Shown piece by piece: positions 37,871 through 52,069 of a stretch of DNA of 64,000 nucleotides. Source of the DNA: Vicugna vicugna (taxonomy: Eukaryota); the NCBI GenBank assembly GCA_013265495.1, contig MU058781.1:9157009-9221008 (forward strand), written 5' to 3'. Every line of letters begins with the position of its first letter. The stretch's first letter is position 1. The position numbers and the translations under genes were made by a program. The notes beneath the pieces were generated by a model. It was not told the DNA's origin, did not search any database, and was given only the letters and a program-made list of their open reading frames with translations.

Positions 37871-38407
37871 TGTTGCTACTGTCCACAGGGCCAGTAGACC
37901 TGACATTTAAAATAGAAGCTGTCATAGAAAATTCGAGACACCTGCTCTTCGTAGTTTCCAGCGGGTGGGCCAAGCCAAGGGCACAGAGCATCCCGTGTGG
38001 ACGTGTGCGAGGGGTGAAGTGGGGATTAAGCAGAGAGCTGTTGGGCGCCGTCTGTCGTAAGCCCCAGCCCCCTCGCCCTCGCTCGCCCCTTGCCGCCAAC
38101 TCACGCACACACTCCTGGGGCCCTTTTCAGCTCCTAGGCAGCGCCCTTTCTCCTCCGCCCCACTGGTCTGCTATCACACGTCCAGTTTTCTCTTGCATGG
38201 CTTTTAGAAACCAGGGTTCCTTTCTTCCTTGATCTCAGAGTTTTCTTGTTTTGCCATCTTTACAGCAAACACACAGAAGTTTGGGGCTTCTGCCTTCCCC
38301 CGCCCCACTTCTGTCTTTGATTTCAACCAGGAAAGGAGATAGATTCATTAGATAATAAAAGCTAACAGCAAGTTATTCCCCAACACCATCATTTAGAGTC
38401 AAAATTA

Positions 38408-38721
38408 CATGTGTTCCTCGGGATCCACAGTGGATTGGATTGATACCAAAATCCAAAGGTGCACCAGTCCCTTATGTAAAATGGTGTATGTAGCATTTGT
38501 GCATAGCTTACATCTTCTCTTAGACTTTAAATATCTCTAGATTATTTATAAAGCCAAATACAATGTAAACAGTTGTAAATACAATGCAAATCACTTTCAG
38601 CACACGGCAAACTCAAGTTTTGCTTTTTTTGAACTTTCTGGAACTTATTATGTTGAATATTTTCCATCCAAGGATGGGTGAGTCCTGGGATGCAGAATTC
38701 ACAGATACAGACGGGCACCTG
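38408..38721 (+). mobile_element. MER2 (TcMar-Tigger)
   Basis: CCTCGGGATCCAC...GATACCAAAATCC...AGTCCCTTATGTAAAATGG...TCTCTAGATTA...CAGATACAGACGGGCACCTG; TA on the left and TG on the right. Confidence 0.85.
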
Positions 38722-39477
38722 TGCTCTTCTGTTCTAGTAAAACCCCAGCTTCAGGGTACCACTGAGGACTGGCTGCCAGAATGGAGGAAAAGAAGCTTCG
38801 AGGGCTTCTGGAAAGTGGAGCTGGGGGTGGGCACGAGGTGAGGTGAGGAGGCTGTTGCAGGTGGGGAGGAAAAGAAAGGAGCGTCTGACTTCTCTCGCGC
38901 GCTTCTCCCTTCGCCCCTTACCTTTATCTGTTCTGAGGTCACAGTGAGATAAGGGCGGTGCCTGACAGCGGCAGCTGGAGAGCACCGAGGCCCGGGGGCT
39001 GGGTGGCTGCTCTGGGTCCGCTTGTGTGCAAGGAGCAGATGATGTCAGCTGGCCCAGTGCATTGCACTTGCCTGCAGTTTATTTTATTTTATTTTATTTT
39101 AACAAAATTCAAATGCCCCATTTAACATTTAGAAATTAGACACACAGTGCAGAGTGACTGTAGAAAAATCAGGATGCCTATTAATCCAGACTTTACTTTT
39201 GCTAATCTCTTTTTGTTCCATCCAAATAATGGAGTCTGCCTTCATGTCAGCTGCCTGCTCATCGTTTGTGGTTTTATGCTAACTTCAGATCTGAGGGATA
39301 ATCTTAGATTTAGATTATTGGGGGTTCATGACTATAAAGGACTTCAGTAACTCCTTTGCTCCTAGTCCAGGCTGGAAACAGAAAGTAGAATAAAATCTAT
39401 AAAAATAAACACAAGGCAAGACAAACTTTCGGAACCAGCATTTGTAATTTTTTCCAATTGAATGTATTCTAGCCCAG

Positions 39478-39563
39478 TTTCTTTCTTTCCCTCCCTCCCT
39501 TGCTTCCTTCCTGTCTCTTTCTTTCTCTCTCTCTCTGTGTCTCTCTGCCTCTGTCTCTCTCTC
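39478..39563. repeat. CT-rich low-complexity tract
   Basis: Direct reading. Confidence 0.85.
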
Positions 39564-41149
39564 AGGCAATGATTTTGCCTACTTGTAGAGAAATGAGTTG
39601 TCTCAGGAGCATTAAATATTATAACTGATAGCAGTGAAAGATGAACAGGGAGTGGGCCGGCATGTTACACAGCTGATCCCATCGTGGACTAGGTAATAAG
39701 AGGAGAGGAATCCCAAAGTGATCATGGGAACTGTGTTTAGGTAACCTTGAACTCCGGAGAGCGGCTTGCAAAGAAAACCTGAAGTTGATGACTGCCTTTT
39801 GTGTGGAGAGAAAGGGAAAAGGTATGGATTTACAGCACAACACTCACTCATTCCTTGGCCGGCCACTGGGCAGAGTTTGGGGGGAACAAGACACCTCAGG
39901 ACTGAAGTTTTGGGGTTTCCACACACCCCATCTATATTGTGCTAGGCGCTGTGGCAAATACAAACTGAAGCTTGCCTTCTTCTTAAGGGATCATAGCCTT
40001 ACAAGGTGCCTCCTGGTTCTTGGTTTGCCAAGTAAATGTGTAGAACTGTGCCCTGTGAATGTGCAACTGGGGAGGGAAATCAACAGGGGACCTAAATTTG
40101 AAGCCGTAAGCCCAAAGGAAATGATCTTCCCATAGATAAACACCGTGTTTGTAATTGGAACCAAGTCAACCACAAGCCTGTACTTTGCTTCTTGACTAAT
40201 GGCAGGTAACCTTTAAAGAAAAGAAGATAATTAATGGAGGCAGAATAATACAGAATTAACAATCACAGAGACCACTTTAAGGGACACTTCCTCCCCAGGC
40301 TCCTTGATTTGCGTGTTCTACAGCTGCCTGCCCATTGCTCGAAAGGTGATGAAGAGGTGATAATGACACGTATCCTCCCTTATCAAAGTCATCAACACAT
40401 TATTACTGTTGTGAGCAGGCTGGCCATTGCCTGGTCATAGAGATGCTGCTTTAGGAGATAAGTCTTTTAGTCTACCAGGGATTTCTGCTGTGATGAAGAA
40501 ATTACAGTTTGGGAATGAATTAGCAGGTTACCTTCTCTGGGACTCTTTTGAGTCTCTTATTTTCCCAAACCTTGCAGGTTTCTGAGAACCCCCAGGGCCA
40601 TTCTGACTCTCAATTTGACCTACAACGTTCCTCCTTTCCAAGCTGTTCTCTGTGAATCAGGAGTGGAACTGTCCCTCTGTCCATCAAATTGCACATCCAT
40701 CATCCCTGAAGATTTGGCTCAAATCTTCACCCCTCTATCAATGGTGCTTTCTCTGAATTTATATTCAGATAAAGACTACAAATTCTCCCAACATCAGTTG
40801 GTTTCCCTGCTTTGGTTAGAACGTGGTATCATGTAAAAATGCACTCAGATTGTGGTGAAGTTTTGTAATTTTGTAATCTCTTAAATATCTTGGGAAAATG
40901 TGGGAGCATCTGCTTATACAACTTTTTCACATTTTAACGATTTCTACAGATTGGAGAGGAGAAGGGGGAAATGCATTCAGATTGGTGCTGAAATCTTCCA
41001 GGCTTTGCTGTATTAGAAAATGGTCTGTAGGATTTTTGTCAGCTTTGTGTTTAAATTGTATCATCCTTGAGGGCAGAAGTGTATCTACTTTACTTTTGAT
41101 CATAACCCTCCTTAGAACCAGACTTATCGCAGCTTACAAATAACTTCAA

Positions 41150-43455
41150 ATTTATACAAATAAATATATATATTTTAAGAATCAAATATTACTAAATGGC
41201 TTTTGAAAATAGAGACAAAAAAACCCACAGTAATTCTCATGCTCCACCCCCTTTACCACCAGTCCCTGCAGGCAACTACTTTAAATTAATTTTAGCAGTT
41301 TCTTCTGGTATTTACTTCCATATTTCTAAGTAATATATGTGTTCTACTAGATCATTATTTACAGTTGGGAAGAAGTTACGTCTCCTATCCCACAACACTG
41401 CTTCCTCTTGTTCCCCTTTTTGGTTAAATCAATATTCAGGATTTATATTATTATAACTGTGTAAATAATGTTCTCCACTGAGTTAACACTACACTATAAT
41501 TACCTTTCCTTTCTTATACAACTTTTTGTTTTTCTTGGAGTTAATAATCGCCTTGTTTTTTTCCATCAGCCTGACTTTGTATATAACTGTCCCCAAGTTC
41601 TGCCACAACTTCCAACAGTCTCCTTCAAACTTTCCACATAGTAACATAGAACATGTGGCCTATCGGGTCTATGAAGACCTCCTTTCTGGAGCTCTTGACT
41701 TCCTTTTTCCAACCTGGACTAGTTTCTTTTGGGCAACTATGCCACTGTTCTCCCAGGACTTCACTCTCTATCATCCTGTTGATTCTCTTTGCCTCCTTCC
41801 TGTGTTGGAGCCCCTCCTTTCTGGTTCTCCTTTCTTGCTGTACTCCCTCATTTTGGTGGCACACCCTTCCTGAGAAAGAGTGCATGTAAGGTAAACTTAC
41901 TAAGAGATTTCCTGCCTGAAAATATGTTTATTCTACCCTTGCATTTATTTGGTAGTTAAGCTGAAATTTGAATTCTAGATTAAAAATAATTCTCACTCTG
42001 AATTTAAAGGCGTTGCACCATTATCTTCTAGTTTTCAATGTTTCTGTTCAAAAGTCCAGAGTCATTCTGATTCCCCGTGATTTTGATGTGAACATTGTGT
42101 TTACTCTGGAGTTCTGAAATTTCAAAATGATATGCCTTGATTGGGTCTCTTCTTACTCGCTGTGTTAGGCATTAAGTGGTCCTTTTAATCTAAAGATCCA
42201 TATCCTTCAGTTCTATGAAATTTTCCTGTAGTGTTTCTTCACTAGTTTGTTTCTCCCTACTCCAACCCCCCCACCCTTAATTTCTCTTGTGGAATTCTTA
42301 CTCGTCAGTTATTGACCCTTCTGAATTAATCTCACATTTTCCTATCTATTCTCTCCCAAATGCCTGCTTTATCTTTTTGTTTTACTTTCTGGAAGATTTC
42401 ATCTACTTTATCACTCAAACTTTCTATTGATTTAAAAATATCAGGGCTCATATTTTTAATTTCCAAGGAATCTTTCATGTTCTAAGATTGTTCCATTTTT
42501 TTATTACACGTACCCTTGGTGCTATTTTATGCAATATGTGCATATGTTTTTTAATCTCTCTGTGGAAATTCATCTTACTTTATTTGAACTGTTCTTCTGA
42601 TCCCTGCATTGTTTTTCTTCCCTCTGACTTCCTTGTTTTCTGTTTGCTTGTTTTGTCTCTGCCTTTCATGTTGGAGGTTGTCCCTCAAATCTTGTGATCC
42701 TTGGCTGTGAGGGAATCGCATGCCAACTGAATGTTCTGTGTGGGTATGTAAGGCTCACCAACTGAGGAATTCACTATAGAATGATGGTCAGTAAGCCAAC
42801 AATCTTACTAGTGTACCCCTGAATTCTACATATCTTTTCCCTGTCGTTTAATTTCTCCGCAGAAGGATTTTCCAAAGATCTTCCTGGGGATTTTAAACCT
42901 GGCTGTGTCCTTCTGGGTGGTAGGTAGAAGAGGGCTAGAAGAGTCTTGTGATCAGACTTTTGTTAACAGCCCCTGTTTTTCTGTCTTCTGTGCCTTGGGT
43001 CCCTGGTCCTGATCTGTTTGGTTCACTTTTTGAGACAATAGGTCACCTGTCTCTGGAGATGAGAAGTGATGATGATGGATGGACCTAAGGAGCTAGCTGC
43101 TTTATGTTGACCTTCAGTTACCCTTGACATCATCCCTGTACCTTCTGCAGGCCATACCGCTAGTTCCTAAGTCTTCCCAGAGTTCCGAAGAATGGCTAGC
43201 TTGTTTCTTACTGGGATGCCTCTATGGGCACATAGAATCCAGCCTTTCCTGTTCTACTGAAACTGTTCCCACTCCTCCAGTCATTCTCATGTAGCAGATA
43301 TTTGTTGACATCCTTGATGTCCTCTTTGCTGTTCTGTTTTTCTCGTGGGTTCATTATACTTTTGTATTCTTTTACTGACATGTAAGTGGGTTTCCAGGAG
43401 GGAGTGGAGATAAAAATATATATGCATGTATTCAGTGTCTCACATTTAAGTGGAT
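41150..43455 (-). mobile_element. HAL1 (half-L1) element, near full length
   Basis: 3' end on the minus strand TTAGAAATATGGAAGTAAATACCAGAAGAAACTGCTAAAA; ORF1-like antisense segment about 41900-42500; 5' part (43360-43409) aligns with 27411-27460. Confidence 0.8.
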
Positions 43456-44429
43456 ATGAATTTTGTAACTTGATTGATGATTACTTCTGAGTTGCAGCTT
43501 ATTTCTTCTAAGGGATGTTGGACCTTGTATCAGTAAATGAAATCAGAGTGGAAATTTATATACCATAAAAACATAGCATTTATTTCAAGGTTGATATGGC
43601 AGACCCAGTCTTCTATTATATATTAAATGAATAATATGTAAAAGTTGGATATGCTAACTAGGTTAGACCAGGGCCAGGGTTTGTCTGATTCGGTATTGTG
43701 TTGACTGTTCTCCTAGGACTTAGCACAGACTTTTACAAATAAACTTAAAAACAACAATGAATGAACAGAGCTGCAGGTTTTTTTTTCTTTTCTTTAGTAA
43801 ACATTTTAATGGTCACCTATTATGTACAGTGAATTGCTATATAAGCTGGAGATATTATGATGAAGGAAACAGAGTCCTTAGCCTGGAAAACTTTGTAGTC
43901 TAGTGAAAGAGACTGATAAGAGAACAGATAAATATTAGAAATGTAATTCATCTTAGCTGAGAAACATGCACCCAGTGCAATGAGTACCAGCCCTTCCAAA
44001 GGTGATAAAAATGTCTAGGTCACTTTTTCTTGATGCTGTTTTTACATAGGATCCATGGCTCTGGCTAGTGTGAAAGTCGGAAATGTGTACTTACAGCTGT
44101 ATGCTATATCATAGAGCTACAGCTATGTGTGATAGATAGATGGACAGACGGACAGACGCTCTATTTTAGCAGGCCCTGGACCTTAGAGGAGTATCACCAG
44201 AGATGGAAGGAGCTCTAAATACATCTTCTCCTCATCATGGGAAGATTCCCCAGGTTCTGCCCTTCAGAGTCGATCCACTGGCGTGTGTGGGTTCTAAAAT
44301 GCTCAGTGCTGATAAAAGCCCTGGGCAAGCCTTGAAAATGATGTTATTATTACGATAATCATATCGTCGTTATAATTTGTAAACATCTCTGTAATCTCTG
44401 ACAGCTGACAATCTCATTCATTTTGGGGA

Positions 44430-44650
44430 GGTCGCGTAGTGCAGGGCCAAGAGCGTGGTCTTTTTCAGGGGAGCTGGGCTTGAATTCCACACATTAGCTG
44501 TGTGACTTTGGTCAATTCCTCAGTCTTGCTGCACCTAAACTTCCTGTGACATCAGAGCAGGATAATGACACCTAACTCCTGGAGTGGTTGTATTAAATAA
44601 ATGAAACCAGATAAAGGGCCATGGGCGGTTCTTGATGGGAAGTAGGTAGA
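44430..44650 (+). mobile_element. MIR SINE
   Basis: CTGGGCTTGAATTCC...TTAGCTGTGTGACTTTGG...GGATAATGACACCTAACTC. Confidence 0.75.
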
Positions 44651-47600
44651 GAATAAGCGGTGGGTATTTTTTCTTCCTTCTCCAGCAGGCAGTGAACCTC
44701 TCAAATGGAGAGACCATACGCTATTCTTACGGGTAGCCCCACCCTTCGGGTAATGCCAGGCATGAAGTTGGCACTTAATGCATATTTACTGAATGAATGA
44801 ATAAACGAAAGAATGTTTGGATTGCACAGGCTGAGGTATTTTCCTGATATATGAATTATTATTTGCCATTTTCTTCCTTTAGAATGTATTTCCCTATTTG
44901 CTGATACTCATAAGCCACTATTCTTTCCTGGATGACTTGTTCTGTGGGGCTGCAAACAGAACTAAGGAACACTAACATTATTTGTAAATGCCCAAATAAC
45001 ACTTCAAATCCAACGTTGCTTACGTACACCATAATTAGAAATAAGAAAAGGTAACAGATAGTCTCCATTCTTTGTGTAAAGGAGCCTTTGGCAGGTCTGC
45101 AGATGAGAGAGTCTCTGGCCGTAAGGCTCTGCAGTGAGAGGAAAAGGTGAAAGGAGGTGGTGAGACGAAGCATCCGTGTGTCCTTTCATGCACAGTAGCT
45201 TTCATCCACAGAGCTGCAGTCTGGTGTCTTCTGATCACATCCGCTGTTCACTCTTCCTTTCATGAATGCAAGAGTGATATTGGGCTAAACCATCCTTCAT
45301 CCTTTTCTGGCTTGGGCACTTACATTATATTAGGGCTATTTGTATTTAAAAAAATATTCTAGCCTCAATGCCATCCTTACTGTAGCAATCTGGGCAGCAT
45401 CTGCTCCTGCTCTTTGTGGAGTCAAAAGGCTCCTTGGCAGCCGGCATCTTGAACCATCACAGAATGCCCCACCTTCCATAGCTGGCATCTTGCATTTTAG
45501 CTCTGAGTTTTAATACCACTCTTTGGGGCAGCTTTGCCCTCTCAGTTATTGTTGGAAGTCCTTTGTGTGCTGAGACCTTGCCTTCCTCATGTATTTCCCA
45601 CTGTGTGTGGCATACGCCCTGCTCCGAAGAGATCTACCAGCCAACGGCCTCTTGTCTGTGAGTGTTTCCTTGAACTCTGCAACATCTGACTCTCTGAAAC
45701 ACCTTTTTAGTAAATTCTCTTAGAAGGACTTCTTTGATTATGCTTTGCAATTCTTCAGTATTATTGTAGATCATGTCTTTTTCTGTCATTCCCCACCCCT
45801 AGGAGAAGCCCACCTACTTCCAGCATTCTGATTGTGACTTCTATACTTATGACAGCCAATCTACACACTCATCTCCACCTCTTAGGAAATTCACAATCAA
45901 TACACCTAAAAGGAAATGTATTACCTTTTTGCACAAATTAGTGTTCTCCTCTTTTGAAATTTATTTTATTCTATCTTGTATTTACTTAGTTACTTTGGTA
46001 TGTTTCACTTGATTTTCAACTCTCTCTCTTTCTCTCCAACTATACCTGTCAGTCTGAATCTATGTCTACAGGGATCTCTCTTTGTATATTTATCCCTGTA
46101 CCTCTCTATCACTTGGGCTGTGCCTAATCACTGTTTGATGGTTTATCTTAATTCACTGTTCTAGCCTTACATGTAAATAAGGTTAGGTCAGAAGGGCAAT
46201 GTTTCCCTTGAAGATCCTTCCAATTCCATAGGAAGGAACAGATCTGGTGTGTTCTTCAGAGATAATTATAGGGCTTCAGACCAGGCAAATTAAAAATAAA
46301 ACTGTAAGAACATAAATACACAACCTTTTTAAAAAGTTAATTTTATAAAGGAAATCCTTAGGTCATTACAATACCAGCTCAACTCAACTAGAATGTCTTA
46401 ATTAGCTCAAGGTTGGATTTTTGAGGCATCTGGGATCAAGATTAGAAGAATTTGGGCAATATTATAGGGCACACGAGCTAAATCACCTTTCTTAGAATAG
46501 TCTTAGAGAATATCAGTTTTCATTATTTCCAAGAGATTTCAGGAGTGGTCCTTGAAACACAAGGAGAGATAACGAGGTTGTCCTTTAAATTTAAGAATTG
46601 CATAGACTCACCTTATCACGAGTACCTGGTGGTAAGACCGAGGAACACATCATCTCCCAGGGATGCTGTCAGTGTCCCACCTAGATTAGATGGAGAAAGC
46701 CTACTGACCTTGCCAGGCCAAAGGCGGGTGAGTCTGCTAAAGTGGTCCACTGCCTTAGAAACCTCCCAGCCAATCTCTCCCCTTGCCTATGACCATTTAT
46801 CATGGTGCTTCAGGTCCACCAGCGTTGTGCATACCCAAACATCCCAACCGTGCAGACGTGCAAGGGAGGGAATCAGAACCTGCCTTTTCAACCCCAAGGT
46901 GTCTCCCTGGAGCCTCCATTCTAGTCTCTGTTTAGACTGGACCTTAAAATGCTAAATGTGCTTTTTCTCCACTAGACACTTGGAACAGAGGCTATGAAAT
47001 TTACAGTGCGATTCATATCATGGCAAGAATATTTTAAAACAGTGGTTTACAGTGTTTAAGCAAGCTGATTAGTCAGCAGGGATTTCTGCCGATGCTCCTT
47101 GGGATCTAGAGTTAAGAAGAGCTGGCTGCACGTCTGGGTCTGGGGTTTTGAAGTGCTTTGGTTTCTTGGGCCACATTATCGCAGACTTCAGTGCATTTTC
47201 AAACAACGCACATAATTAATGACTTCTCCAAGAAGCGCTCTAGGGCTTACCTGGATCCCTCGCTCCTTGTTTTGCACTCCATCATCTGCTGCTTACATTT
47301 AAAAGCCTTCTGGAGACTGTTTTTCATCTAGCTCACTAGTGAGGAGTAGTTTCTCATGAAGAACTGGGTGGTTGAAGTGATTGTAATTCTTCTCCCAACA
47401 GTCTTGGCACCGGAGTCAATTTAAAAACGTACACATTTAGCCGGGTTACTTTGGCTGGTCCTATTGATGATGGTGGATTTGGGTTGAATTCTCAGGCCCG
47501 TACATGAATATTCACATGCCTTAGTGCTTTAAGTTAAAGGAGTGTTTATAGATGCCAAGTCTCCAGTTAGATGCTAGAATGGTGAATATTGTTGGAGAAA

Positions 47601-49579
47601 CTAGAAACAACAAAACTTTGCATGTGACATGGAAATAGCTGTGTATTAAGGTCCTGGTCTTCAGGCTGTATTTCTACACGCTCTCCTACCTGACAGTAAC
47701 AGTGCCAGACGGTTAAGTAAAAAGGCTGATGGACGTAGAGATCTTTTGAGCTCACTTAGCACAGAGCACCCTTCTCTGCTTCTCAGAGGCTCTTGCTGTC
47801 TGTAACTAGACATAATTAAAAGATTAAAGAGACATTTAGAAATGTGAAGCCGGTCACTTTTTAATCAGGGAGACTGATTTCCCAATCCCAATGTGAAGGT
47901 GGAATTTTAAATAATTTATGGGATAGAAATCAGTGGCTTGTAACAACTTGGCTAAAAAGAATAAAGGCTGAGGGAAAAGAGCGATGTAACTTTCCCCTAA
48001 GTGCCTTATGGGAAGGCGCCTACAAGGGAGTGAGCCATGCTTCGGTTGTTAGGGATGTTTCCCAGCCTCTGTATCTCTGCTGGAAGAACGAAGATTAGGT
48101 TGGTTCCCTCCCGCCCTCCTTCCCTTTCTCCCTGGGGCTGGAGGTCTGGACAAATTCTCTTGACTACTCAGCAACATTTCTCTTTTATCCTACAGATACC
48201 AGTCAGGTTCCAGTGGGGTTAAGACCAGAGTCTCCCGAACAGAGATCATGACTGCAGTACAGTGATGCTTCCATTAGCCAAGTGAGGCATTCCAGGGACA
48301 CATATTATCAGAGACTACACAATCAGAGTCAGAATATCAGAGGGTTAAAGGAGGGCCCATGGTGCTACATCAGGGCATTTCCGGTACTAGAAGAAAAAGG
48401 CTTCCAGTAGTAATGCAGGTTTCGGTCGATAGATACAAGTAGATGGTAAAGATGTGTCTTAGAAGCCTGGGTGTAAAGGGGAAGAACTGATTGACTGATT
48501 GACAGTCAGAAGCCAGAAGAAATCCTGCCGGGAGCAGATTGCCAGCTGAGGCTGTTCTTTTAAGAGGATGGAGTGTTCAGGAAGGATTGAAAACATTTTC
48601 TTCAACTCCCAGGTGGGCCAAGTTGGCAGGTCTTCCCCAAGTCAGGGGGCGTCGGGCAACAGAGGCTACTGCTGGTCCCTTCTGAGCACACACCTATTCT
48701 AATGCCTCTCCCCTTCCCCAGTGAGTCTTCAAGATTAAATCAGACTTACCTTCAGACAAAGTGATAAGCTTAGTGAAATTTCCAAATTTGGTTTGCCCTC
48801 CGCCAAGATCTCTTGGCTGCTTTTAAAGTCCAGAGTGGCTTTGCCAAAGTGAAGGGTGGAATGGAGAAACCCTTTAATCCTGCAAATACCCTCTGAGGTC
48901 ATCGTCTGCTGTAGATGAGCTGCTGTTAAATGCATCGATCAATAAAGGGAAGTGAGTGACGGCAGATGCTTCTGTAACCAGCTCTTAGTCATCTTCCCTT
49001 GCTCTTGGGGAAGGAGGGATTGGATAGAGAAGAAGGCAAATAGGTGAGGGTCAAAGAGTGCACACTGTGCTGGAGGGGAGGTAGGAGGGAATGACTCCCA
49101 TCAGAGGGAAAGAAGTATCGAAGAGGCCAGAGGAGATGGCCTCACATGGCATCTGTCTACCATTCATTTGCTGGAACAATTAGAATCCGAGCACTGAGAC
49201 ATTTTTGCTACGCATCAAGATACACCAATTGAGTGATGTATTTATAAGGAAACTTCCTCCCATAGAACATACTAATTAGAGATATTACTGTAACAGGGGC
49301 CCAGGGCTTCTTAAAAGGATTGGCTGAGATTCCTGGCCTTCTCCTGGCTTCTGAGATGGTAATGAACAGATTAGATGGAGGGACCAAAATCCAACTCTCC
49401 AAATAGTAGACGGTCCGGCTGGACGTAACGATGAATTTCTGAATAGCATTCAAGGGCCACTTTTTGCATTCATGCTTTATACCTGTGCATTCCTTTTCCT
49501 GGGCAAGGTGTAACACGAAAGTTCTATATGATAGTTCTGTCATTTCTACAACCCTGTCTACTTGTCTCTAACCCTAAAG

Positions 49580-49799
49580 CAGGGTTTTTCAACTGTAGCA
49601 CAATTGTATTTTGGGGTAGATAATTCTTTTTTGGAAGAGACTTTCCTGTGCATTGCAGGATGCTGAGCAGCATCCCTGGCCTCTATCCATTCGATGCCAG
49701 TAGTACCACCCCTGACTTGTGACAACCAAAAATGTCTCCAGATATTGCCAATAACTCCTGGGAGAATGGGGCAAAATTGCCCACAGTTGAGAATCACTG
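49580..49799 (+). mobile_element. MER20 (hAT-Charlie)
   Basis: CAGGGTTTTTCAAC...CCTGTGCATTGCAGGATG...GTGACAACCAAAAATGTCTCCAGA...GTTGAGAATCACTG; homologous to 32119-32347. Confidence 0.9.
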
Positions 49800-50799
49800 T
49801 CTTTAAAAAAAAACAAAAACCTACAATTTATATTGAATTAGTAGGCCAATTACAAATCAAACTGACTCTTGACTTATTTGTGAAGTTTTCCCACAAATAA
49901 ATAGTAAGTCCCCAATGGGCATGTGCCTCTGGTTTGAGCCATGCTGGAATCATTCTCTCATACTTGTTACCTACTCTGTTCACACCAGTGTTGCAATGCA
50001 ATCCTTAATAAGACTCACCACACAGAGTTGTCTCCATCTTTATTTCAGCTTTCTTCCTCTTCACCTCTTTTGGTAGCACCCCCCTCCCACTCTCTTAACC
50101 ACCAACTGACTTCAGCATACCTCTTTGAAGAATGTCTTCCAAAAGGCCATGCCTAATGTAAGGAAATGATTCACTCTTGGTGGAGTGTCAGGCAACAGAG
50201 CTCAGGTCCTGAAATGGGAGCCCCTCCCCTGTTGCTAAATCATACCAGGCAGAGGCCACCAACCCCTCTATTTGTATGGTTGGCTCCGTCAGAGCAGATC
50301 ATGTTATCAGTGTCCACTAACGACCGTCAATAGTAGTCAGTTTGGGGTAACTGTGCTAGGAAGCAGATTTGGTTTCACAGCGAAGGATACTGTCTTCAAG
50401 GGAATAGAGGCACTTTGCCCCAGGAAAGGAAGACTTATGCAGTCAGTGGTTCTCCCAGACCTCTTTGTCCAAGCAATTTTGGTCAGCTTAAGTGTTCCAG
50501 CAAATTGAACAAAGTCTTACCGTCGTAGATTATGAACTGCAGAATCTAACTTTAATAAGGTCACCAGTAAGTGTGGGAGTTCTGGGCCAATAATGGGGAA
50601 TTCTGCGTGAGTGAGAGCCAAAGAAAGATTAGTAAGGCCAACCAACCAACCACAACCTGTAGGGGAACCATAACGAACTATCCACTTGAAAACGAGATGA
50701 GAACAGGGAGGAAAATTTCCACCTGTGAAACAGAGGGCAGTCATCACTTAGACGCCTTCAACCATAGCTTGCTTAATAAGTAATATCCTGTAGCCTGCC

Positions 50800-51376
50800 T
50801 TCACGGAATAATTGTCCTTGCAAACTGCATACCCTCTGAGCTTCACGTAGCTCGGGCAATACTCTGCCGCCTACAGATAACACGTCTGATGTATGACTGC
50901 CGTGGTAATGGCCGATTGAGTCGTTCTTCAGGAACGTGGAGTCAGCTTCTGTCCAGCTGGAGTCTGAGCCAGTTGAGACTGGCTGCGACCCCCAGCCCTC
51001 CAGCTAGGCATGCACGAGTGTCCACTCCGTGACCTTTTGCCGTCAGAGGGTCACAAACACCATCCTCAGATCATGCTAATGCCACCATTTTCCGAACGTG
51101 TGTCAGATGGAAAAGCATGTAACTCAGATACGCCTGCACAGAGCAGTGATGACCTCACCTCCTTCCTGCCTCCAGTCACTTCCCTGCACCTCCCCCTGCA
51201 CCTCCAACTCCCTTATCCTCTTCCCAAAGCCCGTTGCTGTGGGGAGGCTGATTTGCGACGTTTCTTTCAGCTCCTAGTTTAGCTGCCTTGTAGGTAAACC
51301 CCTTTTCTCCTGCAAACCTCAGTGTCTCAGCATTTGGCTTGCTGCAAGTCAGGCAAACAAACCTGGTTGCATAACA
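50800..51376 (+). mobile_element. ERV1-class LTR (MER31/MER39-like)
   Basis: CAGATCATGCTAATGCCACCATTTT...GGGGAGGCTGATTTG...TTGGCTTGCTGC...CCTGGTTGCATAACA ending; 5' boundary uncertain. Confidence 0.65.
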
Positions 51377-52069
51377 TCCGCATTAGCACAGCACTGCAAA
51401 TGATGTTTGATTATCAGGCACATGTCAGAGAGGACCTCCGTCCAAAGGGTCTTTTAGCATTTATGCCGCTCGAGGAGGGAGTGGGCATTTGGGGCCACTG
51501 ATACCCAGGTCTGTCTGAAGACTAGGCCCTGAGTAACAGCCCGTCCCTCCAGCAGCATAAGTTGATCTATTCCTTATCATTCTGCTGCTGAAAAGAGTGA
51601 AAAAAGAAATGATCTTGTGGGTTCAAAATTCTCATGCTATCTATTTGTAAAAGTGTCTCCAATGACTAGAAATACACTTGTTTATTCACGATAATAAAAT
51701 GAAACGAAACAAGACGGAATAAACTCAGAGGCAGCCCATTCTGTGCTTCTAGCTTCCCTGCTCTGGGATGGTGCTCCTGTTAAGAACACAGCGCCCCTGA
51801 CATCTGCAGAGCAGAGGAGGCAGCAGGCTGTGCTCCATGACTGTCAGGTTCCCCCCCTTAAATCAGCTCCTATCTGTCTTTGGAGACATGCCGTCTTTCC
51901 TGTCTGTACATATGCCTTGACTCTTTCCTGAACCATTTTGAGATGTCTGGTGAAAACTGGATCTGGCATATAAATGCTTGCTGAGTTTCCAAGCTCTGTC
52001 ATGCCTGCTTCCCTCCCCACATAAATGATCTGCTCAGCATAAGTCAGGGCTGTCTGGTTTTTAGTTGAC

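Noticed and set aside
39055..39078. miR-25-like sequence CATTGCACTTG
   Set aside because: Only 11 nt match; the remainder differs and no matching precursor arm is present.
48640..48655. CTCF-like motif AGTCAGGGGGCG (similar partial matches near 17120 and 30805)
   Set aside because: Each deviates at key core positions; not supportable without a PWM scan.
48230..48700. Possible ancient LTR
   Set aside because: Could not match a family or define termini by eye.
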